Below are positions 47,004 through 56,884 of a stretch of 64,000 nucleotides of DNA, piece by piece; within the stretch, counting starts at the first letter, position 1; each line of letters opens with the position of its first letter. The notes under the pieces are model-generated. The model had not been told where the DNA came from, ran no database searches, and saw only the letters and a list, made by a program, of their open reading frames with translations. The position numbers and the translations under genes were made by a program. This DNA comes from Nanobdellota archaeon (GTDB lineage: Archaea > Nanobdellota > Nanobdellia > Woesearchaeales > JACQSR01): the NCBI GenBank assembly GCA_042577505.1, contig JBHPEA010000001.1, positions 23,880 to 87,879 on the forward strand. Reading direction: 5' to 3'.

Positions 47004-49661
47004 ATGGAAGACCTAAAGAAGATAGATGATAAATGGCAGAAGAAGTGGGAAGAAAGTAAAGTCTTTGAGGTAAAAGAAGATCCAAAGAAGAAGAAATTTT
47101 ACTGTTTAGAGATGTTTCCATACCCTTCTGGTTCTGGTTTACATATGGGTCATGCTTTCAATTACACAATAGGTGATATTTATTCTAGATTCAAAAGAAT
47201 GAAAGGTTTTAATGTACTTTATCCAATGGGTTATGACAGTTTTGGTTTACCTGCAGAAAACGCAGCAATCAAAGAAAAATCACATCCAAAGGAATTTACA
47301 ACTAAAGCAATTAATAATTTTGTTAAACAACAAAAAGCATTAGGATTATCTTACGATTGGTCAAGAAAATTATCAACTTGTGAACCAGAATATTACAAAT
47401 GGAATCAACTTATGTTCTTAAAATTCATGGACAAGGATTTAGTTTACAGAAAAAAAGCACCTGTTAATTGGTGTCCTAAATGTAACACTGTCTTAGCCAA
47501 CGAGCAAGTTCATGATGGAAAATGCTGGAGACACACAGACACTGAAGTAGAACCAAAAGAACTTGAACAATGGTTCATCAAAACTACTGCTTATGCAAAT
47601 GAACTTCTAGAAATGACTGATAAATTAGAATGGCCAGAAAGAATCAAGATAATGCAAAGAAACTGGATTGGAAAATCTATCGGTGTAACACTAGAATTCG
47701 ATGTTGTTGATGAAAAAGGAAAGAAAATCGACACAATCTCAACATTCACAACAAGAGTTGACACAGTTTATGGAATAACCTACCTAGTCCTAGCTGCAGA
47801 ACATCCTAAAGTTTTAGAATGGACTAAAGGAACAAAGATAGAAAAAGAAGTTAAAGATTTCACAAAAAAAGTTCTAAAACAAAGTGTCATTGAAAGAACT
47901 GCTGAAGGTAAGGAAAAAAATGGAGTTTTCTTAGGCAAATATTTCATCAATCCCTTCACAAACGAAAAATGTCCTTTGTGGGTTGCTGATTATGCCTTAT
48001 ATGAATACGGAACAGGAGCAGTAATGGCAGTCCCTACCCACGATCAAAGAGATTTCGAGTTTGCAAAAAAATACAAATTGCCATTGAGAGTTGTAATATC
48101 CCCTCACGATTTCGATTTAGATGTTGACAAAATGTCTAGGGCATTCGTAGACGATGGAATTATGACCAATTCAGGGGAGTTCGACGGTTCAAACAACAGA
48201 GATGCAATGGAAGAGATTGCAGATTTAACAGAAAAAAAGAAATGGGGAAAAAGAACTGTTAATTTCAAACTTAAAGACTGGTTAATCTCAAGACAAAGAT
48301 ATTGGGGAACACCAATTCCAGCAATTCATTGCGAAAAATGTGGTATTGTAAAAGTTCCAGAAAAAGACTTACCAGTCCTACTTCCAGAAGATGTAAAATT
48401 CGGAAAGGGAAATCCATTAGCAACAAATGAAAAATTCCTAAAAGTAAAATGTCCAAAGTGCGGGAAAGACGCAAGAAGAGAAACTGACACAATGGATACT
48501 TTCTTTGATAGTAGTTGGTATTTCATCAGATATGCAGACAGCAAAAACGACAAAGAACCATTCAACAAAAAAATTGCAAACTATTGGATGCCTGTCGATC
48601 AATATATTGGAGGGGCAGAACACGCTTGTATGCATTTAATTTACGCTAGATTCTTCACAAAAGCATTGAGAGACTTAGGTTATATTAACGCCGATGAACC
48701 ATTTGCAAAGTTATTCAACCAAGGGATGTTACACGGTGAAGATGGCCACGTAATGTCTAAATCAAGAGGCAATGTTGTCTTACCAGAAGTAATCTCAGAA
48801 AAATACGGGATTGACACAGCCAGATTCTTCCTAGTTTCAATTGCATCTCCAAACAAAGATTTAGAATGGAGCGACACAGGGATAGAAGGAAGTTCAAGAT
48901 TCATTAAACGAGTTTTAGGTTATTTTGACACTGTAAAAATCAGTAAATCAAGTAAAAAAGTTGAAAGTAAACTTAACAAAGCAATCAAAGAAGTTGCAGA
49001 AGATATTGACGATTTTAGATATAACCTTGCAATTATCAAAGTAAGAGAATTATTTGAAAGCCTTGAAAATGAAATAAACAAAAAAGACTTAGAAAAGTTC
49101 CTTAAAATCCTACATCCTTTCTGTCCACACATAACAGAAGAACTTTGGGAAAAGATTGGAAACAAACCTTTCTTAAGTCAAGAAAAATGGCCAGAATTTG
49201 ACGAATCAAAAATCGACGACAAAGTGGAAGTAGTCGACGATATTATTGAAAACATCAGATCAGATATCAGTGCAGTCTTAAAATTAATTGGAAAAGAAAA
49301 ACCAAAGAAAATTAAATTAATTTTTGCAGATAAATGGAAATATGATTTTTTCAAAATCGTAAAGGAAGAATTAGAAAAAACCAGAGACATGAAAGAAATC
49401 ATGGGTAAGGTAATGAAAGGAGATTTAAAGAAACAAGGTGGTTCAATCTCAAAACTGCTTCCAAGAATCCTTAAAGACCCTAGTAAAATCCCTCAAGTAA
49501 TAATCGACAGAGACTCAGAAATCAAAGACATAGAAAGCTCAATCGACCAAATTAAAGATGTTTTCAAATGCGAAGTAGAGTTTGAATTAGAAGAAAAAAG
49601 CAAAGAAAAGAAAGCAGCTAATGCATTACCTCAAAAACCAGCTATCTTAGTTGAAGGATAG
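47004..49661 (+). CDS. leuS: Leucyl-tRNA synthetase
   Basis: 'MFPYPSG.GLHMGH', 'GTGAVMAVP.HDQRD', 'SRQRYWG.PIP', 'VMSKS'. Confidence 0.97.
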   Translation: MEDLKKIDDKWQKKWEESKVFEVKEDPKKKKFYCLEMFPYPSGSGLHMGHAFNYTIGDIYSRFKRMKGFNVLYPMGYDSFGLPAENAAIKEKSHPKEFTTKAINNFVKQQKALGLSYDWSRKLSTCEPEYYKWNQLMFLKFMDKDLVYRKKAPVNWCPKCNTVLANEQVHDGKCWRHTDTEVEPKELEQWFIKTTAYANELLEMTDKLEWPERIKIMQRNWIGKSIGVTLEFDVVDEKGKKIDTISTFTTRVDTVYGITYLVLAAEHPKVLEWTKGTKIEKEVKDFTKKVLKQSVIERTAEGKEKNGVFLGKYFINPFTNEKCPLWVADYALYEYGTGAVMAVPTHDQRDFEFAKKYKLPLRVVISPHDFDLDVDKMSRAFVDDGIMTNSGEFDGSNNRDAMEEIADLTEKKKWGKRTVNFKLKDWLISRQRYWGTPIPAIHCEKCGIVKVPEKDLPVLLPEDVKFGKGNPLATNEKFLKVKCPKCGKDARRETDTMDTFFDSSWYFIRYADSKNDKEPFNKKIANYWMPVDQYIGGAEHACMHLIYARFFTKALRDLGYINADEPFAKLFNQGMLHGEDGHVMSKSRGNVVLPEVISEKYGIDTARFFLVSIASPNKDLEWSDTGIEGSSRFIKRVLGYFDTVKISKSSKKVESKLNKAIKEVAEDIDDFRYNLAIIKVRELFESLENEINKKDLEKFLKILHPFCPHITEELWEKIGNKPFLSQEKWPEFDESKIDDKVEVVDDIIENIRSDISAVLKLIGKEKPKKIKLIFADKWKYDFFKIVKEELEKTRDMKEIMGKVMKGDLKKQGGSISKLLPRILKDPSKIPQVIIDRDSEIKDIESSIDQIKDVFKCEVEFELEEKSKEKKAANALPQKPAILVEG

Positions 49662-49971
49662 ATCCTTCTTGGATTTGATTATTCTTAACGAAACCACTTG
49701 GAGCCTCTATTAAAAATGAAGCCTTATTCTTTGGTTTAAAATGAGAATAAGTTTTAAGATTCTCACATATTTCAATTACTTTCCCACCCGATAAATAAAC
49801 CAAATCAAGAGGATAATAACAAAAAAATGTATGAATAGACATTTTCTTATCAGGAAACTTAAAAATCAATATTTTCTCACTCTTAGAAAACATTAATCCA
49901 ATTGTCTGAGAAACGGCATCATCACACAACTTACCTTTCCCTATAACTTTTCTATTCTTTATTATTTCCAT
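49642..49971 (-). CDS. DUF192 family protein
   Basis: 'GLMF', 'IHTFF..YPLDLVYL', 'LIEAPSG'. Confidence 0.85.
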   Translation of the reverse strand: MEIIKNRKVIGKGKLCDDAVSQTIGLMFSKSEKILIFKFPDKKMSIHTFFCYYPLDLVYLSGGKVIEICENLKTYSHFKPKNKASFLIEAPSGFVKNNQIQEGSILQLR

Positions 49972-49972
49972 T

Positions 49973-51472
49973 CTAATATTTCCTAAACCTATGTATTATC
50001 TTCAGTGTTACAAAAAGAATAAAAGCTAAAAGTACATATAATAAAATTGGAATTCCAGAATCAACGACATTCTCAGCTTTAAAAAAACTTGAATTATCCT
50101 CTTCAACTATCTCTTCATCACCAAATGCAAGCTGGTAAAGAAATATTTCATCAATCTCAGTAACTCTTCCATCGGGGGTAAAATAATCTATAGATAAATT
50201 AAAATGATATTCAACATCTTCAGAAGAAGGTAGGGGACTTAATAATTGAGAAAGTAGGTTTCTAGTACGATCAGCTCGTAATTCTTCAATTTCTTTATAA
50301 AAATCGATACCAGGATAATTAGAACTTAAATTTATAGTTATATTCGTAATCGTAGTCTCAATACTAGGATTTTCAATTGAAAAATACAACGTAGCATTAT
50401 GTTCTTCAGAAATCTCTTTTTTATCAATCTCAAATTGATAATCCAAACCAGGAAGAATAGTGAGAATCTCCATCTCATTCTCTTCAATCCTTCTTTCACC
50501 AAATGAATTATAATCAATATATGTTTTTATCGAAGAAACCCCTTCTTCAATTGACTTGATCTTTAAAATAAATTCCTCAGAAGAATTCTTATTTAAATGC
50601 CCCACCCATATATACCCATCTACTTGCTCTTCCAAATTATACGAAGCATGGGTAACTTCTAATGTGTAAGGTAACTCAATTCGAAATTGAGTAATTGTTA
50701 GACTTTCATTTAAAAAATTTGTAAGATTAAATTCCAAATCAGTCTCCATTCCAACCTCAAGTTGATCTCTCTCCAATTTTGAATTCAATATTAAATCCTT
50801 TTGAGTTACTCTAATATCTTGCTCATCAATCCTAGTGATAGTTTCTTCTTCATTATTGTATGTTAACTCAGTTTTTATTGAATAATTACCTGTTTGTTTT
50901 GGGATCAATTTATAAGAACAAATAAGATTTTCATTCTTACGTATAGTGCCTCTAAAAACCAAATTATCGTCCTCAATACTACACCCTTTTGGATTATGTA
51001 TGATAAAAGAGGCAGGAACCCTTTCAATAAAAACAACATCAGTTGCATCATTCTCATCCGAATTTTGAATGTTAACGTTAACTGAAAACTCCTCACCAAC
51101 CATAGCGTTTGTATCACTAACCCTAGAAATTGAAAGTAAAGACACCGCAGCATAAACACCAATCTTTCCTTTATAATATTGACGATCTTGTGTATAATTA
51201 ATGAAATCTTCCTCCATTAAAGCACAGAAATTTTTATTTTCCTTTGCTCTACAACTATCATTCTCAACAATTATGCTTAATCCACCATAATCAATATAGG
51301 CTTTCTGACCATCTATAGAGTAAGACGCTGATAAGTTTTCACCATGTACTTCAATTGATTCTCCATGTACTAGCCAATCATCATGAATTTTCTCACTATA
51401 TGTAGCAGAAACTGGAACAATTAACAGTAAAAAAAATATTAAAGCATATTTCATAACCCAAATGTCATTCAC
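49973..51472 (-). CDS. Secreted multi-Ig (DUF11/BatD-like) surface protein with C-terminal TM anchor
   Basis: Signal peptide; 'VGEEFSVNVNIQN...ATDVVFIERVP'; many NxS/T sites. Confidence 0.75.
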   Translation of the reverse strand: MNDIWVMKYALIFFLLLIVPVSATYSEKIHDDWLVHGESIEVHGENLSASYSIDGQKAYIDYGGLSIIVENDSCRAKENKNFCALMEEDFINYTQDRQYYKGKIGVYAAVSLLSISRVSDTNAMVGEEFSVNVNIQNSDENDATDVVFIERVPASFIIHNPKGCSIEDDNLVFRGTIRKNENLICSYKLIPKQTGNYSIKTELTYNNEEETITRIDEQDIRVTQKDLILNSKLERDQLEVGMETDLEFNLTNFLNESLTITQFRIELPYTLEVTHASYNLEEQVDGYIWVGHLNKNSSEEFILKIKSIEEGVSSIKTYIDYNSFGERRIEENEMEILTILPGLDYQFEIDKKEISEEHNATLYFSIENPSIETTITNITINLSSNYPGIDFYKEIEELRADRTRNLLSQLLSPLPSSEDVEYHFNLSIDYFTPDGRVTEIDEIFLYQLAFGDEEIVEEDNSSFFKAENVVDSGIPILLYVLLAFILFVTLKIIHRFRKY

Positions 51473-51485
51473 CGATATAAATACC

Positions 51486-52751
51486 TTATGTTCCTTCTTC
51501 CCAAGACGAAAGATATTTCTTTTGATCTTCTGTTAAGGAATCGATTTTGATACCCATTGCTTCCAACTGTAATCTTGCAATATTGTCATCAATCTCTTCA
51601 GGTAATACAATGACATCATTCTCCATATTCCCTTTATTCTTAACTATATATTCACATGCTAGTGCCTGACCACAAAAAGAAGTAGACATCACTTCAGATG
51701 GATGACCTTCAGCTGCAGCTAAGTTAACCAATCTACCCTCACCACATATGAAAATCCTATTTCCATTTTCAAGAGTATATTCATCTAAGAAAGGACGAAC
51801 AGTTCTCTTATTCTTAGATATCTTCTCTAATCCCTCAATATCAATCTCAATATCAAAATGACCCGAATTAGCTAAAATTGCTCCATCTTTCATTGAAGAT
51901 ATGTGATTTGCAGATAATACATGCTTATCACCAGTTACAGTCACAAAAATATCTCCTATTTTTGCAGCTTCTTCCATAGGAATGACATTATACCCATCTA
52001 ACCTTGCTTGTAACGCTCTAAAAGGATCTACTTCTGTTACATATACAATTGCACCATGTCCTTTAGCACGTAAGGAAACTCCCTTACCACAACTTCCATA
52101 TCCACCAACAACGACATTCTTTCCAGCAACTAAAATATTTGTAGCTCTTAATATTCCATCCCATGTTGATTGACCAGTTCCATAATAATTATCCAGTAAA
52201 TGTTTTGTCTTATTATCATTGACAGCAATAATTGGATACTTCAAAGCCTTATCACCAACCATTGCTCTTAATCTAATAATCCCTGTAGTAGTTTCTTCAC
52301 ATCCACCTAAGATCTTAGGAATCAGCTCAGGATGTTCTTTATGTACAACAGTTACTAAATCACAACCATCATCAATAGTAATTCCAGGATTAGCAGCAAT
52401 AACGTTCTTCAAATATCTGTAATAATCTTCTTTAGTTTCACCTTTGTATGCCCAGACTTTAACACCTTCTTCTGCTAATGCTGCAGCTACGTCATCTTGT
52501 GTGGACAATGGATTACATCCAGTTATTGCAACATCAGCTCCCCCAGCAATTAAAGTTCTAACCAATACTGCTGTTTCTTTAGTAACATGTAAAGCCAAAC
52601 CAATAGTTATACCCTGAAGAGGCTTCTCTTTCTCAAACATCTCTTTAACTTTCATTAATGCACCCATATGATTCTCAGCAAGTTCGATATTCATCTTTCC
52701 TTGTTCAGCCAATTTTAGGTCTTTTACTTCATAAGTTTCTCCTTTGTCCAT
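51486..52751 (-). CDS. ahcY: Adenosylhomocysteinase
   Basis: 'CNPLSTQDDVAAAL', 'EETTTG', 'DNYYGTGQS', 'NSGHFD', 'EGRLVNL..AEGHP'; AGGTGA SD. Confidence 0.97.
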   Translation of the reverse strand: MDKGETYEVKDLKLAEQGKMNIELAENHMGALMKVKEMFEKEKPLQGITIGLALHVTKETAVLVRTLIAGGADVAITGCNPLSTQDDVAAALAEEGVKVWAYKGETKEDYYRYLKNVIAANPGITIDDGCDLVTVVHKEHPELIPKILGGCEETTTGIIRLRAMVGDKALKYPIIAVNDNKTKHLLDNYYGTGQSTWDGILRATNILVAGKNVVVGGYGSCGKGVSLRAKGHGAIVYVTEVDPFRALQARLDGYNVIPMEEAAKIGDIFVTVTGDKHVLSANHISSMKDGAILANSGHFDIEIDIEGLEKISKNKRTVRPFLDEYTLENGNRIFICGEGRLVNLAAAEGHPSEVMSTSFCGQALACEYIVKNKGNMENDVIVLPEEIDDNIARLQLEAMGIKIDSLTEDQKKYLSSWEEGT

Positions 52752-52889
52752 AATGATCACCTTTCCCCTAGTGATTATAGACACTTTAAATAAATTTCTA
52801 CAAAAAAAGAGTAATATGTCCAATTAATTACTGAAAAAATAGACAAAAAACGAAAAGTATATAAGTAAGTTGGACAATAAAAAATATCA

Positions 52890-53321
52890 ATGGCCCTGGA
52901 TGAGAAGGACCTGAAAATTATCAGGGAGCTCAAGAGAAATTCAAGAGAGCCGATAAGGGGGATCGCAAAAAAAACTGGATTGAGACCAAGCACGGTCCAT
53001 CAAAGACTCGTCCAATTAGTTAAGAAGGGTACTATTCAAAGTTTCACGTTAAAGTTAGACAACAAAGCAATAGACCAGAACTTTGTTGTGTTTATGTTGG
53101 TTAAAGGGGGTACGTCAAATTACATCGATCAAAAGCTATTACACAATGATCACGTCAAAGAAGTCTTTGGCGTCACAGGTGAATATGACCTTCTTCTCAA
53201 ATTACGCTTCAAAGATGTTGAAGAATTCAACAAATTCATCATTTCATTTAGAAAAGACCAGAAAGCAGTGGAAAACACACTAACAATGGTCGGAACCGCG
53301 AACATAAAAGAAGAACTATAA
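52890..53321 (+). CDS. Lrp/AsnC-family regulator
   Basis: 'LDEKDLKII..L..NSR..I..IAK..G...STV..R', 'VTGEYDLL'. Confidence 0.92.
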   Translation: MALDEKDLKIIRELKRNSREPIRGIAKKTGLRPSTVHQRLVQLVKKGTIQSFTLKLDNKAIDQNFVVFMLVKGGTSNYIDQKLLHNDHVKEVFGVTGEYDLLLKLRFKDVEEFNKFIISFRKDQKAVENTLTMVGTANIKEEL

Positions 53322-53332
53322 TGTTTTTACGG

Positions 53333-53392
53333 CTGGGATATTGGAACACCCCCAACACTAGGCAATTCTCCCAATATCCCAGTTCTTTTTTT
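53333..53392 (+). terminator. 12-bp perfect stem-loop followed by a T tract
   Basis: ctgggatattgg / ccaatatcccag then ttcttttttt, between convergent genes. Confidence 0.6.
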
Positions 53393-53409
53393 AATAGGAA
53401 TAAATTAAT

Positions 53410-53625
53410 CTAAGCAGATTGAGCTTCAAGAAGAACATCTTTCTTTAATATCTTGCTTGCACTAAGAATTTCCACTCCAATAACTTTATCATTCTCATCA
53501 TAATCTAAAATTATGTTATCATTTAGCTGAACAGTTTTCTTTGCTCCACCTTCTTTAATGGGGTACTCAAAATAGATATAAGCGGCATCTACTTCTTTAT
53601 CATATTCGAATTTCATTTTAATCAT
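53410..53625 (-). CDS. DUF2283 protein (putative antitoxin)
   Basis: 'YDKEVDAAYI', 'IILDYD....IGVEIL.ASK'. Confidence 0.88.
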   Translation of the reverse strand: MIKMKFEYDKEVDAAYIYFEYPIKEGGAKKTVQLNDNIILDYDENDKVIGVEILSASKILKKDVLLEAQSA

Positions 53626-53831
53626 ATTACTGTAACTACTTTTATATAAGTTTCCATTTCAATAAAAACCACTTTTATCGACTGGTTTTCAATAGTTATT
53701 TCGGCAATTTTCCGGCACCCATAAGATCTTCTAATCTGACTTGAAAACTTCAGCGCATGTAAAACATGAATATGGGAAATCCCTCTTTGTTTCATTCTCT
53801 TGTAAGCATGACTCGAATATCTAATTCTCAT
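53622..53831 (-). CDS. DUF4258 (BrnT/RelE-like) putative toxin
   Basis: 'YSSHAYKRMKQRGIS', 'IKVVTV'; ATGA coupling with DUF2283. Confidence 0.8.
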   Translation of the reverse strand: MRIRYSSHAYKRMKQRGISHIHVLHALKFSSQIRRSYGCRKIAEITIENQSIKVVFIEMETYIKVVTVI

Positions 53832-53934
53832 TCAAAAGGTATTGTTTTCAATATTTCGAGACTATGTGGAAGAACGCGATTGAATAAATGAAAAGATTTA
53901 TATAAACACACATAATACACATATTATACATAAA

Positions 53935-54183
53935 ATGACAACTATGACTTTAGCAGTACCGGATGAACTCAAACACAAAATGGAGGATTTTCCGGAAATA
54001 AATTGGTCTGAAGTAGCCCGGCAAGCATTCTACCAACAAATCAAAGACATGGAATTTTTAAAAAAGTTTAAATCTAAAAGCAGATTAACTGAAGAGGATG
54101 CATTAAAACTAGGTTCAGAATTAAATATTTCTCTTTCCAAGCGATATCTTTCCAATGGTAGAAAAAAACCAAAAGGTTTATAA
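53935..54183 (+). CDS. Ribbon-helix-helix (VapB-like) protein
   Basis: 'TMTLAVPDELKHKMEDFPEINWSEVARQA', 'SRLTEEDA'. Confidence 0.8.
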   Translation: MTTMTLAVPDELKHKMEDFPEINWSEVARQAFYQQIKDMEFLKKFKSKSRLTEEDALKLGSELNISLSKRYLSNGRKKPKGL

Positions 54184-54201
54184 GTAAGAAAATTCTTACT
54201 T
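54182..54201. promoter_or_regulatory. Palindromic operator upstream of abrB/mazF
   Basis: aagtaagaa-aa-ttcttactt just downstream of a TTTATA box. Confidence 0.6.
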
Positions 54202-54216
54202 TTATTGGTGAATAAT

Positions 54217-54480
54217 ATGCCATTAATAAAAACGATTAAAGTATCGGATAAAGGTCAAATTGCAATACCCACTGAGATTAGGGAAGCTATGGGAATCGAT
54301 AAAGGAGACGAGTTAATTATTTTAGAGTCAAAAGGGAGATTATTATTAGAAAGAACAAAGGAATTTACATCTAAAATTGAAGATGATTTTAAGGATATTA
54401 AAAAATTAAGCCAGAAATCATTAGATAAAGTCTGGAATAACAAAGAAGACGAAATATGGAGTGGCTATTTAAAAAAATGA
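54217..54480 (+). CDS. AbrB/MazE-family antitoxin
   Basis: 'KVSDKGQIAIPTEIREAMGIDKGDEL'; C-terminal 'WNNKEDEIW'; GGTGA SD. Confidence 0.88.
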   Translation: MPLIKTIKVSDKGQIAIPTEIREAMGIDKGDELIILESKGRLLLERTKEFTSKIEDDFKDIKKLSQKSLDKVWNNKEDEIWSGYLKK

Positions 54481-54812
54481 AATTATTTCAAAGAGATATC
54501 ATTTTGTTGCCCTACCCTTTTACTGATCTGAGCGGGAAAAAAGTCAGACCAGCTTTAGTAATTTCAAACGATGATTATAATAATGAGACTAATGATTGTA
54601 TTATGGTTCCCATTACTTCTGTTATTAAAGATGACCCTTTTTCAATAAGTCTTACACAAAAAGATTTGGAAGAAGGGAAATTATTTAAGCCAAGTAGAAT
54701 TAAATTTGATAAAGTTTTTTCTTTAGAAAAGGATCTCGTAATTATGAAGATCGGAAAACTAGATTCAAATGTTTTTAAGGATATTAAGAAGGGCGTAATT
54801 TCTCTCTTTTAA
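54477..54812 (+). CDS. mazF: PemK/MazF-family toxin
   Basis: 'DIILLPYPFTDLSGKKVRPALVIS', 'PITS'. Confidence 0.88.
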   Translation: MKLFQRDIILLPYPFTDLSGKKVRPALVISNDDYNNETNDCIMVPITSVIKDDPFSISLTQKDLEEGKLFKPSRIKFDKVFSLEKDLVIMKIGKLDSNVFKDIKKGVISLF

Positions 54813-55402
54813 TTCTCAAACAAAGATTTACCCAACCTAACCATATTCGAACCTTCTTCAATGGCAACTTCATAAGAATCGCTCATTCCCATAGATAAAA
54901 TTTCCATTTCAACATTCGGAATCTTCATCGCTTTTATCGAATCAAATAATTGTTTAGTTTTCCTAAATGCCATTCTTGGATTTTCTACAGGCCCCATAGT
55001 CATCAAACCTTTTACAATTACATTAGGTAAAGTAGAAATCTTACGAACTAAATCTAAAACTTTAGTAGGATTAACTCCAGACTTTTCACTCTCCTCACCA
55101 CTATTCACCTCAATTAATACAGGATATTTTGTAGTAGCTCTCTTACTTATTTCTGAAGCAAGTTCAAAAGAATCAACAGTCTGAATCATGTCAAATAATT
55201 GAATGGCATCCTTGATTTTATTCTTCTGCAAGTGACCAATCATATGAAATTCAAAGGAACCTTTCAACAAAGCCTTCTTCTCTTTTGCTTCTTTAACATA
55301 ATTCTCACCAATTATTGAAATTCCATCATCAATAACTTTTTGAATCTCAGAAACAGATCTAGTCTTCGAAGCTGCAAGTATTTTCACATATTTTGGTATC
55401 AT
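54809..55402 (-). CDS. yggS: YggS/PLPBP pyridoxal-phosphate homeostasis protein
   Basis: 'AASK', 'GENYVKE', 'HMIGHLQKNK', 'GLMTM', 'LSMGMS.SY..AIEEGSNMVRLG'. Confidence 0.93.
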   Translation of the reverse strand: MIPKYVKILAASKTRSVSEIQKVIDDGISIIGENYVKEAKEKKALLKGSFEFHMIGHLQKNKIKDAIQLFDMIQTVDSFELASEISKRATTKYPVLIEVNSGEESEKSGVNPTKVLDLVRKISTLPNVIVKGLMTMGPVENPRMAFRKTKQLFDSIKAMKIPNVEMEILSMGMSDSYEVAIEEGSNMVRLGKSLFEN

Positions 55403-55917
55403 TTAGTCGGTAGAATCCAGACTTTAATCTTGCCTGAACCATATTCTTCTCCGTCAGATAAAATCCTAACATCATACTGTCCATCAGTCCCATAATCAAC
55501 TCCAGTAACATTAAACATAGGACTAATTAAGGTTTGAGTTTTATTTTCTCTTATTACTAAAGGATTAGAATCTAATATCTCAACTTGATCATAAGGAAAT
55601 TCATTTCTTTTTGACTCATAACTTAAATCTGGACTTAATTCTATTGTAAAATTCTTTTCAGCACCTCGGTTATAGATAAAAACTCTAAAAAATGCAGTAT
55701 CAGACAAATGCACAGGACCAGAAGGAATATAATAATCAATCCCGCCCTCAATCATCATATCACTTATTGTTTTCTCATACATTCCTTTTTCTTGAGAAAT
55801 CTTAATACTCATCCACTTCATTTTTTCATCTCTTTCATTCAAGCTATTTACAGAAAAAACTAAAGCTACAACTAAAATAACTATTACGGGTACATAAATC
55901 AAATCTCGATAAAACAT
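55399..55917 (-). CDS. Membrane-anchored hypothetical protein
   Basis: N-terminal TM helix + beta-rich domain. Confidence 0.6.
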   Translation of the reverse strand: MFYRDLIYVPVIVILVVALVFSVNSLNERDEKMKWMSIKISQEKGMYEKTISDMMIEGGIDYYIPSGPVHLSDTAFFRVFIYNRGAEKNFTIELSPDLSYESKRNEFPYDQVEILDSNPLVIRENKTQTLISPMFNVTGVDYGTDGQYDVRILSDGEEYGSGKIKVWILPTK

Positions 55918-55950
55918 AACCTAAGAGAACTTAAAAATGTATATAAAGAT

Positions 55951-56850
55951 TTAGAATTCTTGCATCTCTCTAAACTCATGGAATCTTTTTTCAATTTCTT
56001 CTGTAGTCAAATCCTTTAATCTATTAACACCAAATTGTTCAGCAGTAAAAGAAGCTACAGAACTGCCATATACAATACCTTTCCTGATATTCTTTTCATG
56101 TGGATTATCAGTTAAAGCAACATATCCAACTAGAGCACCACCAAAACTATCTCCACATCCCGTTGGATCTTTAACCATCTCTAAAGGATATCCTGGTGCA
56201 GAGAAATGTTTATCATGAGTAAAAAGTAAAGCCCCATGTTCACCTTTCTTAATAATTACAGATTGAGGTCCTAAACGTAAACATTCTTTCGCAGCTTTTA
56301 TCAAAGAAGCAGTCTCAAACAACATCCTCGCTTCACCATCGTTCAAAACCACCATATTTACATTCTTAATAGCTTCCATCACATCTTGTTTTTGATGTTC
56401 TATCCAGAAATTCATAGTATCCATTGCGATAAAATGTGGCCTCTTCAATTGCTTAATAACATTCAATTGAATTTTAGGATCAATATTAGCTAGAAATACA
56501 TATTCAGACTCATTATATGATTCAGGTAATTTTCCAGTAAATGTAATTAAATTATTCAGTTCTGTCCTTAACGTCTTCGCTTCATTCATATCAAACTCAT
56601 AATAACCCTCCCATCTGAAAGTTTTCCCATTCTTCTCCAATCCCTCAACATCTATCCCTTTCAGTGACAAAAGATCTAGATGTTCTTTTGGAAAATCCTC
56701 TCCTATAGGTGCGACAATCTTAGTTTTAGTGAAAATACTAGAAGCAAGTGCGGCATAAGTAGCAGATCCACCTAGTACCTTATCCACCCTACCGAATGGA
56801 GTCTCAATTGTATCAATTGCTGCAGCTCCAACGACTAACACCTCTTTCAT
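55951..56850 (-). CDS. PfkB-family carbohydrate/nucleoside kinase
   Basis: 'LGGSATY', 'IIKKGEHG', 'DPTGCGDSFGG'. Confidence 0.92.
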   Translation of the reverse strand: MKEVLVVGAAAIDTIETPFGRVDKVLGGSATYAALASSIFTKTKIVAPIGEDFPKEHLDLLSLKGIDVEGLEKNGKTFRWEGYYEFDMNEAKTLRTELNNLITFTGKLPESYNESEYVFLANIDPKIQLNVIKQLKRPHFIAMDTMNFWIEHQKQDVMEAIKNVNMVVLNDGEARMLFETASLIKAAKECLRLGPQSVIIKKGEHGALLFTHDKHFSAPGYPLEMVKDPTGCGDSFGGALVGYVALTDNPHEKNIRKGIVYGSSVASFTAEQFGVNRLKDLTTEEIEKRFHEFREMQEF

Positions 56851-56884
56851 AAACCAAGTGAAACTATTGAATGATTTATAAAGA

